Positions 53,853 through 64,000 of a DNA stretch of 64,000 nt are shown here, one piece after another. A model generated the notes under the pieces. It made no database searches. It was not told the origin of the DNA and was given only the letters and a program-made list of their open reading frames with translations. The DNA is taken from NCBI RefSeq assembly GCF_006345805.1, contig NC_043000.1:88288001-88352000 (forward strand), written 5' to 3'. Numbering within the stretch: the stretch's first letter is position 1; every line of letters begins with the position of its first letter. This DNA is from Octopus sinensis (lineage: Eukaryota). A program made the position numbers and the translations under genes.

Positions 53853-54050
53853 AAAGCGGCGAGCACGCCAGGCGAAATGTTTAACGATATTTTGTCTTCC
53901 GTTATGTTCTGAGTTCAAATTCTACCGAGTTGACTTTGCCTTTCATCCTTTAGGGGTCTATAAAGTAAGTACCAGTCAAGTACTAGGGTCGATGTAATCG
54001 ACTGTCTCCTTCCCACAAATTCCAGGCCTTGTGCCTATAGAAGAAAGGAT
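53853..54050 (+). mobile_element. CORE-type SINE ending in (ATT/GTT)n
   Basis: GCGGCGAGC...GTTCTGAGTTCAAATTC...CTTTGCCTTTCATCCTTT. Confidence 0.75.
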
Positions 54051-54229
54051 TATTATTATTATTGTTGTTGTTGTTGTTGTTGTTATGAACGGCCGGAAAA
54101 TACAGCCACTACCAACATACCTAACATCAGCATTTATTTAGCCTGAAGACTGCCACCATCTCCATTACGCTGATTTCAACTCTATTTTTTCTACTGGTGA
54201 AAATAAGCAAAAAAATCAATAATAATCAT

Positions 54230-54440
54230 GGTTTCAAATTCTGGTACAAGGCCAGAAATTCAGGGGGTTGGGGTAAATCGATTACATCAACCTCAGTATT
54301 CAACTGGTTCTTATTTTATCGACCCCGAAAGGATGAACGGTAGAGCCAACATCGGCGGAATTTGAACTTAGAACGTAACGACGGACGAAATGCTGCTAAG
54401 CATTTTGCCTGGTGTGCAAACCATCCTGCCAGCTCGCAGC
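54230..54440 (-). mobile_element. CORE-type SINE
   Basis: Reverse complement matches the family. Confidence 0.75.
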
Positions 54441-54468
54441 TTTAGTATCAATAATAATAATAATAATA

Positions 54469-54507
<39 letters not shown>

Positions 54508-54520
54508 TAATAATAATAAT

Positions 54521-54612
54521 AGTGCAAGTCTCACCCAGAGACCCATCTTGAGGTCTCTGGGTGAGACTTGGAGCGAACTTGCACAAATGTAAAGCAAAAG
54601 TCAAACATAAAA
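54521..54612 (+). mobile_element. Tiny R4/Dong 3' UTR insertion with a 5' snap-back inversion
   Basis: Homologous to 22885-22945; perfect 19-bp stem 54525-54543 / 54552-54570; (AAT)n on both sides. Confidence 0.65.
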
Positions 54613-54759
54613 TAATAATAATAATAATGATAATTATAATATGATAAAAACATTCAGAAAAATACCTAACAAAAACACTTAAGGACTTAGAACATTGAGG
54701 GTATTAATCAAAGAACTAGATATAACACGCAGGTGCAGTTCCCTGGGATCGATATTTAC

Positions 54760-55100
54760 TTAGGTCCAAAATGTTTTATGAACAAAGTGGATATTTTCAA
54801 TCTTAATACCAGTTCAAAACCAGTGGATAACAGCATCATTTTGAATATCTTAACGAAGTCATGAGGCATCCTTGAACCAGTTTGTGCCGCATGTACGTTC
54901 ATTTGCACCTTTGAGAAAGTTGAATGTCTTTCCAAGCACAAATTGTTTTTGTGACATGTCAAATTTCGATCGCCCATCCTGACGTGTTGGAAGAGGTCTA
55001 TCGTTAATATTTTTAATGGATTGCACCCCTGCAACCTCCGATGTTCCTGCATTTTCTTCACATGACGCAGTACTGAAAAAATTAGAAATTTTCCTCACTT
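54760..55100 (-). mobile_element. Possible hAT transposase N-terminal (TTF-type zinc finger) remnant
   Basis: KTFNFLKG..ERTCGTNWFKDAS*L..DIQNDAV resembles the F.FPK...R.....WF....WL.Y....D pattern. Confidence 0.35.
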
Positions 55101-55606
55101 TTACTTCTCGTAAATTTGACGTAGTATACAGATGAAAATAAAGGGGAAAATGTCAAAAAGTGCAAGTAGATTTTATATTTGAAAAGCAGAGTTTGTCTTA
55201 ATTATTTTTGATTAATTATTTAAACTTACGTGTTCAAAATCATTCGTTATCAGACAGAAAAAGTGAATATATTTCCATTTAACAACTATAAAATTCATCA
55301 CACTTTGAAAATAATTAAAAGCAGTATGATAAATATTTGTGTATGTCTCATTTGAATTAAACGAGTAATGTACAGTATGTGTAATAATGTGAATTATATT
55401 TTTGTACGTTAAAATGTTTAATTTCGTAGATATTACCAAGCGAAGCTAACGGAAGCAGATAGAAATAGGTAGGGTAGGTTTTCCAAACAGTAGAAATGAA
55501 AAGAGGGGAGAGGAGAAAGGTAGAGAAATGAATAGAAAAGAGAAAAACTGTTCACCTGTGTGTGGAGTGCCACTGAGTGGGACCAAAAAGGTATACATGA
55601 CGGGAC

Positions 55607-55692
<86 letters not shown>

Positions 55693-55809
55693 ATAAATAG
55701 ATAGATAGATAGATAGACAGATTGCCTGATGGATGGATGGATGGATACTGAATTTGCCTTTAGACGTTGAAATAAGTCACAAACAATATTTAACTGACCT
55801 AAAGCTCGC

Positions 55810-55858
<49 letters not shown>

Positions 55859-55864
55859 CACACA

Positions 55865-57130
55865 CAGATTGCAGATCTCTTATAGGATCTCATCCCTATC
55901 TGCCAGTAAAGAAATATTCGAGCAATACGCTGAATATTACAACGGCGCCCTACAACGAAGGAATAAAACATGAACTATCCCCCTTATCCCAACTTCCTCC
56001 TATCCCCAAAAATTTTACTAGAGGAGCAAACCTAATAGGCACTCCTCCCATCATGTGATTTCGGATACCAAATCTGCAGCTGTCCATCGAAATCCAGCAC
56101 GCATTTCTGTACCCCAAGCTTATACCCGGGTAACCCCATAAACCTGAATAAGCGGACCATGATGCACGACGTTATCTGGTTTCACCCCACCTTTGTCCTT
56201 AATGTTCAGACCAGAGTACCCAAGCTCTTCTTTGCGCTATTTGAATAATATTTCCCTAAGTCTACTTCTCTTAGATAAATCTTCAATCTGCAATCGATAA
56301 AATTTTCCTACTCCACCACAACTAAAATTTCCGGTACAGTCTGACATCTGCATAATACGAAACTTAGAGAACCAGCAATTACTTTACTTTAATCACAGTA
56401 ATACAACTCACCCTAATCTCCAGCCCTAACCCTAGTGCGTTCTTAAACATCCTTATCAATACCGAACCTCACACCACCAACCCTATTTTTATTACTCCTC
56501 CCAATACTCTTACCCCACTTTACAACCCCGCTAAACTCATCACTGAAATAGGCAAGGATTGAAATAATACCATTATTTACGAGAACTATTTTAAGCTACA
56601 TCCGCTAGACAATTCTCTCACCACCCTGAAAAATACCAATTCTAACGCCGCGACGGTTAATGAATAACACTAGGTTAACCCTAGATAATCATAACCCCGT
56701 AAAATCTACTCTAGCACCTTCTAGAATACTATGCACCTGTAGGCGTCCCACCTCCTGCCCTTTAGATAATAGATGCCTCACAAAAATATAGTATACAAAT
56801 GTACAGTATCAACTGATAATTCCAACTATGTATACATCAGCTCGTGCAGCACTACCTTCAATGTCAGAGTTGGTAACCACTATTCTTCAAATCTCAAGCA
56901 AGAAAAAACAGCACTTCTTTATCTTGGCTAATTCATAACCTAAAACAAAACTCAATTCTATATAATTTAAAATGGCCTATAGTCACCCATGCCAAACCGT
57001 ATAATGGTTACAACAACAAATGCGATCTATGCATCGCGGAATTTTTTTCTATTAGCCAATCACCAATTTTCTGAATGAACGGAACCGTATAATCTAGAAT
57101 TGTAAAATTGGGACCGAAACCTACTGTATT
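55865..57130 (+). mobile_element. PLE 3' fragment (RT thumb plus GIY-YIG), decayed
   Basis: LSASKEIFEQYAEYYNGAL, VIWF.P.F..NV.T, CTCRRPTSCPLDNRCLT.NIVYKCTV...YVYI.SCSTTF.VRVGNH, C..YNNKCDLC. Confidence 0.75.
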
Positions 57131-57179
57131 GAGGACTGGGTAACTCTATCAAATGTTTTCAATTCATCAAAATGGACCT

Positions 57180-57870
57180 GAATGGCATCAAAGCCAGATT
57201 TATTACACATGCTATTGCTTTCAAGGAGATTTTGAGGTTGCATCTTATCGAATGTTCCCCGTTGTTTGCGTCCTTTAAGAGCAGCATCTCATTCCCTAGC
57301 TAATTCAACTGGAAATGTTTTCAGTCTGTTGAACTTTGTGGTAGACTTATAGTATCTATACAGCGTGTACAGTAAATCATTCAAAGCAGGCGAAGTTCTT
57401 TTCTTACATACAATCGCTTTTGACTGTGCCAAAGTTGCTGTTTTTTTATTTTTTGCACAGCATCTCTGCCGGAAGCAGAGGCAGTCTGTCGAGGTAGGAA
57501 TTAAATTCCATCGTATGTAACTACTTTCAAACAGTTGCACAAACATCAACTGAAAAATCATATAACTTCCGGAAATCAAATGAGTTTATCGTAGATTTTT
57601 TACCAAGTAGCGACTTAAAAGAGTTTTTGTGCTCACATGTCTAACAACACATGTCGTAGCTATGAGAACATAATTTTCATCTTATGCGTTGAAGAAAAGT
57701 TTTAGTGCCACTTTGTCCGTTAACAATTCAGTCATAATGTTCTTTCAAATAGTTTTTTCTTCTTTAATTCAGTGGCCCTCAACGGACGCATTGTAAACTG
57801 TAGATAATTGCGCCGAAGATCTAAAATTATACCACAATTCAATGTCATATAAAATTCATTTTTACGCTTC
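57180..57870 (-). mobile_element. Possible decayed hAT-like transposase core
   Basis: Weak motifs (..YNAS.EGH, C.H, FVQLFESSYIRW) in the expected order; many stops. Confidence 0.3.
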
Positions 57871-58894
57871 AATGTCTTGAAAACCGATACACATAATTTT
57901 CGCGCGTTTTACACACGTAGTAAATTAAACTTACAGTTGTTAAGCCGTCTTTTTTCTTCGGTGATTGTCCCTTCTAAATATATAAAAACTCTGCCTTCAA
58001 TCACAAATATTATTTCCGCATCTAGTTCTTTCTACTTTTTCCTATTATTTATTTTTGTCCTCTCCACTGCTTTGCTTCATTTTTTTCTTTTTTACTTTCA
58101 TACCCACCTCTCCAATAAAACTTATTGTACAGGCTGCAGCAAAAATGTATCAGTTTCACCGTACTCCATAAAAGTTTCAACAGCAAACGCAGCTTGTGTG
58201 CCGATTCAAGTCATGATGGTAAATAAAAACAAAAAGAAGGATATAGTAAAACATTTACAGTTATTGTTTGGAACACTGCACATCGTGCGTTTGTTGTTGA
58301 TGCAGTTATTAAGAATGGTAAACTTGAGGCTTAGGCATTTTGTTATATTTCGATACGTATCGTGCTGCAAAATGTACCCCTTTCATCATTTCGCCTTTCT
58401 TTTCTACTTTACTCCTGCACTTTCATATCTCTAATATATTATTTTTTATCTTTATATTGCACGTTTTCTCTTTCTCTCATCTCTAACTCTTTCCTCTCTT
58501 TCTATCTCCTTTTCTTTTATAATAATGCTTTCTCTCTGTCTGCATTGTGTTTTTTTCTTCTACTTTATCTTTCGCATACGTGATATTTTGTTCAACTGCC
58601 CAATTTATATTTACACTTAAATGTTAAAATTTTAATATTCATAAGGCAAGCTTTAAGCAAATCTACGATTTTCATAACTGTAAATTATAAATAAAGATTT
58701 CAGTTCTTATAAATAACTCAGTGTAAACAACAGTAAAAAATTATTATGCACAACGTATTTTCCCATTAGCTTTCTATATACAGTGATACACATGGACATA
58801 TATTCATAGATGCATGCACATATACACACAAATATGTTAGCACATACATATATATTTACATATGTGTATGTGTGTGTACATGTGTGTGCGTGTA

Positions 58895-59035
58895 TACGAC
58901 GGGTTTCTTTTTAATTTCCGTCTACCAAATCCACTCACAAGGCTTTAGTAGGCCCGAGGCTATAGTAGAAGACACTCGCCCAAGGTGCCATGCAGTGGGA
59001 CTAAACCATGTTGCTGGGAAGCAAGCTTATTCCCA
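58895..59035 (-). mobile_element. CORE-type tRNA SINE 5' half
   Basis: Matches 50630-50770. Confidence 0.75.
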
Positions 59036-59044
59036 TACATATGT

Positions 59045-59430
59045 ATTTATGACGATGGACTCTCCAGTCAGTTTCGACGTATGAGGATCCTTCTACCTTC
59101 TCATTGTTTGTCAGTCATAATGCTTATGTCGAATGTGACATTTAAGTCCCGCCAAAGATTTGCAAATAAGCTCGCAGATACTGCACGTAAGAGGATTACA
59201 GGTCAGTGCATATAGTATATTTGCAGCTCCGTTTGTCCTTTGCCTTGCACTCCAAAGCCTGTTAATGCTGGTTGCAACAAAGTTTCTAATACCATTTTGT
59301 TACAACCATCTCCTTTTGTTCGCTCCAAGGCTGTTCGCTCAAAAGTGTTGTTAGCTATCTTCATTGTTAAGAGGTTACTCTTCAGCTTGTTCTTATATCA
59401 AGCTGGCTGTGCATGAGGACTTTGGGTATT
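59045..59430 (-). mobile_element. RTE-clade LINE 3' end
   Basis: C-terminal C2H2-like CSICELICKSLAGLKCHIRHKH preceded by FE.TALER-like segment. Confidence 0.65.
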
Positions 59431-59445
59431 CTTTCATCACTCATT

Positions 59446-59481
<36 letters not shown>

Positions 59482-59939
59482 AGACCAAAACGTACATAGA
59501 AATTGGAGTTAGTATTTTAAAACATTATCTCTCAATGCATTTTCAGTACCATGACTGATAATAATATTTGGGATACTGCATTGGTCAAAAGAGAACATCC
59601 ACCACATAGACAAGAAAATCCATAAGACATCAATTTCAAATCTCCAAAGAACATTGATATTGACAGGGTAATCCAGAAAATAAAGAGGTGATTGCTATAT
59701 GGTATCACTCAGATAACATCTAGGAAACTACAGCAGCTAAAATAAATACATCATCCAAGTAACCAAAACTGACGTGAATAATATGCTGCACGCCAGTTTT
59801 GAACTCTTCAAGAAACACTTTCTGATGACCTCCTATTTGAACCCAGAAATGCAGAGCTCCGATATATCAACAGGGACCTCCACTAAAAGTTTTTGCGTGA
59901 GTATGTTTCCGTAAACTAGAAAAGGATGGTAATATTGAT

Positions 59940-60150
59940 TTCAAATTTTGGCACAAGGCCAGCAATTTCGGGGGAGAGAGAAAGCCGATTACATTGACAC
60001 CAGTGTTCACATGTAACTTATTTTATCAACTCCAAAGTATGAAAGGCGAAGTCGACTGCGGCGAAATTTGAAATCAGAACGTATGGACGGTTGAAATGCC
60101 GCGAAGTATGTTGCCCGGCGTGCTAACGATTCTGTCAGCTCGCTATCCTA
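59940..60150 (-). mobile_element. CORE-type SINE
   Basis: Reverse complement GATAGCGAGCTGACAGAATCGTTAGCACGCCGGG. Confidence 0.8.
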
Positions 60151-60264
60151 AAAGGATGGTGATATTAACATGAAATGTAACCTCCCATTGCATCACATCA
60201 CATCTCGAAGGTTAAGTTTTTCCAGTACATGAGCAGGTGATGACTACGAAATAACTAATAACTA

Positions 60265-60298
<34 letters not shown>

Positions 60299-61457
60299 CC
60301 CTTAAATACCCAGTAATAAAAGTTGATAATGTCTTTCTTTACTAGTGGGAAGAGTATTTTTCTAGCATCTGCTCCAAATATTATCTAGATAATACATCAT
60401 ACTGCGATATGATGTTGCTAAAATAATATAGCAACCCATCCGTTAGAAAGTCGGGCCCAAGATAAATATAGACAACACCTCTCTTATTAACACAAGAAAT
60501 ATTGGTGGAATATTCTCATGAACACCTGTACCTATCAAACTTGATTTAGCTGTTTGGGACTGATAGGGGAAAAAAATGTGCATTATCAGAAAAGTCAACT
60601 ATCCATCAGATATGAACAACCCTTCCAAAATCACAAAGGAGAATAGTTTTATACATGATTCGATGCCTAAAGTTCTACCATGATTATAAATTCAAAATTA
60701 TAATATTAACTATTAGTGCGCTTGGTTGTGTTAGGAAAATTCGAAGTGACAGCCTGGAAAAGCTTGGAGTTTCAGGCAAAAAAAAAAGATTTGGTTGAAA
60801 CGTGCTCCGGATCTAAAATCTCTAAATGGAACTGTAAAAGCTGCAAGTTCCGTATGTAACTATTATTAATGATGTTATCCAAATTTCATTTCAATATGTG
60901 TTTTATTTCTATTTTTCTAGAAATAATTACTATGTGTGTGTGTGTGTGTGTGTGGTGTGTGTGTGTGTGTGTGTCTGAGTGTGTGCACGTGCCTGCGTGT
61001 AAATATATGTATGTATGGTGTCTACCTGCTCCTTACAGAGATTGATATCTTCGTTTATCTATAATTGCTCTTCCATAGTTTGAGATCTAAAATGACATTT
61101 GAGCTTTGAAAGGCGTTTGTTGAGATCATCTCAAGTACGGCAGCAATGTTTCATTTTAGCATTGGCGCCACTTTCCGCTTGTTTATTATGAATGTTCAAG
61201 GTCTGCTTGAACGCTAGTGCGATTTCATATCAGCGTGAGATATGCATACTTCTGTGCAAGAACATTTAAAACAGAAATGATAAACTCCCGTAGCGCTTTT
61301 ACTAAATTTCACATCAGCTTGCTCAATACTCTCAAGTTCAAAAGCTTTACATCGCTCAAAATCGTAACATTTCACTCTTGCTTGTGTGTGTGTGTGTGTC
61401 TATGTAGTTATGCGTGGTGCCTGCTGCCAGAGCCGTTATACATATATATATATACAT

Positions 61458-61543
<86 letters not shown>

Positions 61544-61545
61544 AT

Positions 61546-61929
61546 ATTAGGGAATAAATCCAAATTTACAGGGAAAAATCAGATTTAGGATTGAATCCAA
61601 TTTTATAGTAAATATTATATAATATTATTAGAGACAAAACCACTATTTTGCAAATCAAACAAGGAAAGACTTAATCAATACATAAAAAATTTTAATATAA
61701 AGTAAATAAATCGCCACTACAATTGTTTCCTGTCTTCAAATGACATTCAACACGTGGATTTCATATCTTCTATTCAATTTTAAAGTTACTTTAAAATTGA
61801 ATAGAAGATATGAAATCCACCTGATGAATGTCATTTGAAGACAGGAACAATTGTAGTGGCGATTTATTTACTTTATATTAAAATTTTTTATGTATTGTTT
61901 GATTTGCAAAATAGTGGTTTTGTCTCTAA

Positions 61930-61945
<16 letters not shown>
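61546..61945. mobile_element. Palindromic PLE-terminal-repeat-like element centred at 61787
   Basis: Arms about 61617-61785 and 61789-61940; flanked by (TA)n; 5' extension related to 13272-13360. Confidence 0.75.
61817..61859 (+). ncRNA. Minimal type I hammerhead, one-base deletion in GAAA
   Basis: CCAC-CTGATGA-ATGTC-ATTTGAA-GACAG-GAAC-AATT-GTA-GTGG; the mirror arm has intact GAAAC but a mutated core. Confidence 0.6.
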
Positions 61946-61968
<23 letters not shown>

Positions 61969-62155
61969 ATACTAAGTAATTAAGGGTTTAGCAACGATTT
62001 GCCTCACCACACACCGAATTTAGAAATAGCAGTCAAAAGAGTTTTGGCTATTCTTTCTACTTAAAAGGGAGATCCCAGTAAAACCATAGCACTTAAAAGG
62101 CAAACAACGCAGGCAAAAGAGAAAGAAATGACGATAATCATTCTACATTAAGTCA

Positions 62156-62246
62156 CCTACGGACGTACGTTTCGGAATTAAGCCATAGGAAAGCATAAAA
62201 ATTGAATAATTATGTCTTACCTAACTATTTTCCTCCTCAGCGTAGG
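62156..62246 (-). ncRNA. Minimal type I hammerhead ribozyme, intact core
   Basis: Minus strand CCTACG-CTGAGGA-GGAA...TTCC-GAAAC-GTAC-GTC-CGTAGG. Confidence 0.85.
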
Positions 62247-62789
62247 ACTCTACAATTATGAATAATTGCGTCTCAATCATTAATAATTGTGTATTAAATT
62301 TGAAGGCACTAGAAGACAACACCTCAACTCATGGTATCAGAGCGAGCATAAGCCATTACCAGTACCATCAAATTCAAAGGGTGAATGAAAGTATGTCACC
62401 ATCCCCCTTCCGTCAGCGTGCTGCCAAAATAAGATGCTACAGGTTTTTTACTGGGATGAAATATAGTTATCAATAATAATATAGGGTGAAATTAATTAAT
62501 TTGGAATAATCATCAATTTCACCAAGTAGATTTCGGCATGTAAAAGCCCCATTCAAGGAAGGTTTAAGTAATACTAAGTAATTAAGGGTTAAGCAACGAT
62601 TTGCCTCACCACACACCGAATTTAGAAATAGCAGTCAAAAGAGTTTTGGCTATTCTTTCTACTTAGAAGGGAGATCCCAGTAAAACCATAGCACTCTGAT
62701 ACCATGAGTTGAGGTGATGTCTTCTAGTGCCTTCAAATTTAATACACAATTATTAATGATTGAGACGCAATTATTCATAATTGTAGAGT

Positions 62790-62880
62790 CCTACGCTGAG
62801 GAGGAAAATAGTTAGGTAAGACATAATTATTTAATTTTTATGCTTTCCTATGGCTTAATTCCGAAACGTACGTCCGTAGG
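62790..62880 (+). ncRNA. Minimal type I hammerhead ribozyme, intact core; predicted cleavage after C62874
   Basis: Stem I CCTACG/CGTAGG, core CTGAGGA (62796-62802), stem II GGAA/TTCC with a 52-nt insert, GAAAC, palindromic GTAC loop, GUC site. Confidence 0.85.
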
Positions 62881-63171
62881 TGACTTAATGTAGAATGATT
62901 ATCGTCATTTCTTTCTCTTTTGCCTGCGTTGTTTGCCTTTTAAGTGCTATGTTTTACTGGGATCTCCCTTTTAAGTAGAAAGAATAGCCAAAACTCTTTT
63001 GACTGCTATTTCTAAATTCGGTGTGTGGTGAGGCAAATCGTTGCTAAACCCTTAATTACTTAGTATTACTTAAACCTTCCTTGAATGGGGCTTATACATG
63101 CCGAAATCTACTTGGTGAAATTGATGATTATTCCAATTAATTAATTTCACCTTATATTATTATTATATATA

Positions 63172-63204
<33 letters not shown>

Positions 63205-64000
63205 CATACATCAGTTTTTCATTCAGCATTGGATTCACAGGCCTGTTATTCGATTTCCAAGGCATATAAGTAACCGAGATCAGAAAATTCTTTTCATGAG
63301 ACGCCCTTTTTTTTGCATCATCTCACTGTCTGGATGTTTTGCGTTTTTGTCCAATTTTTGTATTTTTATATATAATATATAGCGGCGTACGTACACTTTG
63401 GTCTGTTATATGTAAGTATATATTTATATATATATTTTGTAAGACTCTATTATCCTTTCATTATTTCATTCTTTCATTATTTCATTCATTCTTTCATTCT
63501 TTCCTTCTTTCTATCATCCCTTTCACACTTGGTTCATTCCACTCTTCGTTCGTTCGTTCCCCCTCTCTCACATTTCCTGGCCTTCTCTTCATGCTTACTT
63601 TACCTCCTATTTTACTTCACTGTGCCGCTTTCATCTTTTCTCGCCCCTACTTAATTCTTCTCTCCCTCTGCCTCTACCTCTCTCTCTTCTCTCCCCATGT
63701 GACCGGTGTTCGGCCAGGCCTTACCTTTCTTTCTTAGTTAGACTACCATCCGCGCAACATCTATATTCCTCCCTGTGCCTGTTAAATCGTATGTCCCTGC
63801 CGTAAGGATTTACTACCACACACGCCAGCTTAATTTAATTTGTCTTTAATCGAAAGACACCTGTTGTTATGTTTTGTTAATTGCATTTGTATTTGTAACA
63901 TTTCTCTGTTTTTTTTTTCGTCCTTGTTTTCTTATACATTCGCTGCTTTCTTCCAAGGAACCTAATGCTCTTAGCTTAGTTTTTCCCTGGGGCTGGCCAG

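Larger units (their letters stand above)
61965..63163. mobile_element. Non-coding hammerhead-bearing element: 602-bp-period partial tandem plus inverted copy (PLE pLTR- or retrozyme-like)
   Basis: A (61965-62342), C, B (62472-62566), partial A (62567-62695), inverted A (62694-63070), inverted B (63071-63163); flanked by (TA)n. Confidence 0.85.

Noticed and set aside
57095-57130. Hammerhead at the 3' end of the 55.9-57.1-kb PLE
   Set aside because: Only a GAAAC is present; no convincing CUGANGA core or stems.
58130-58330. Two divergent HRAF(V/A)VE-like transposase N-terminal motifs on opposite strands
   Set aside because: Too short and degraded, and no matching TIR pair was found.

Overview
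An AT-rich, microsatellite-saturated eukaryotic window. The SINE families and repeat style strongly suggest an octopod cephalopod (Octopus sp.); this is recognition from memory, not a database result. No long protein-coding gene is present, and almost all ORFs in the track are microsatellite or decayed-transposon artefacts. The window is a transposon graveyard. It holds about 15 fragments of R4/Dong-clade non-LTR retrotransposons (RT, CCHC knuckle, restriction-like endonuclease), mostly on + and stacked in (AAT)n tracts. It also holds three different Penelope-like element (PLE) fragments, two RTE LINE fragments, Tc1/mariner, hAT-like and Helitron-like remnants, and more than 20 tRNA-derived SINEs from three families. 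Points worth a second look: (1) minimal type I hammerhead ribozyme motifs in several palindromic or tandem PLE-terminal-repeat-like elements, including two copies with an intact core in a non-coding, retrozyme-like unit of about 600 bp at 61965-63163; (2) a fixed-length (about 555 bp) non-coding element found four times, always embedded in (AAT)n; (3) a PLE nested in a near-full-length R4/Dong element with an 11-bp target-site duplication; (4) a few candidate minus-strand micro-exons suggesting that much of the window is intronic.
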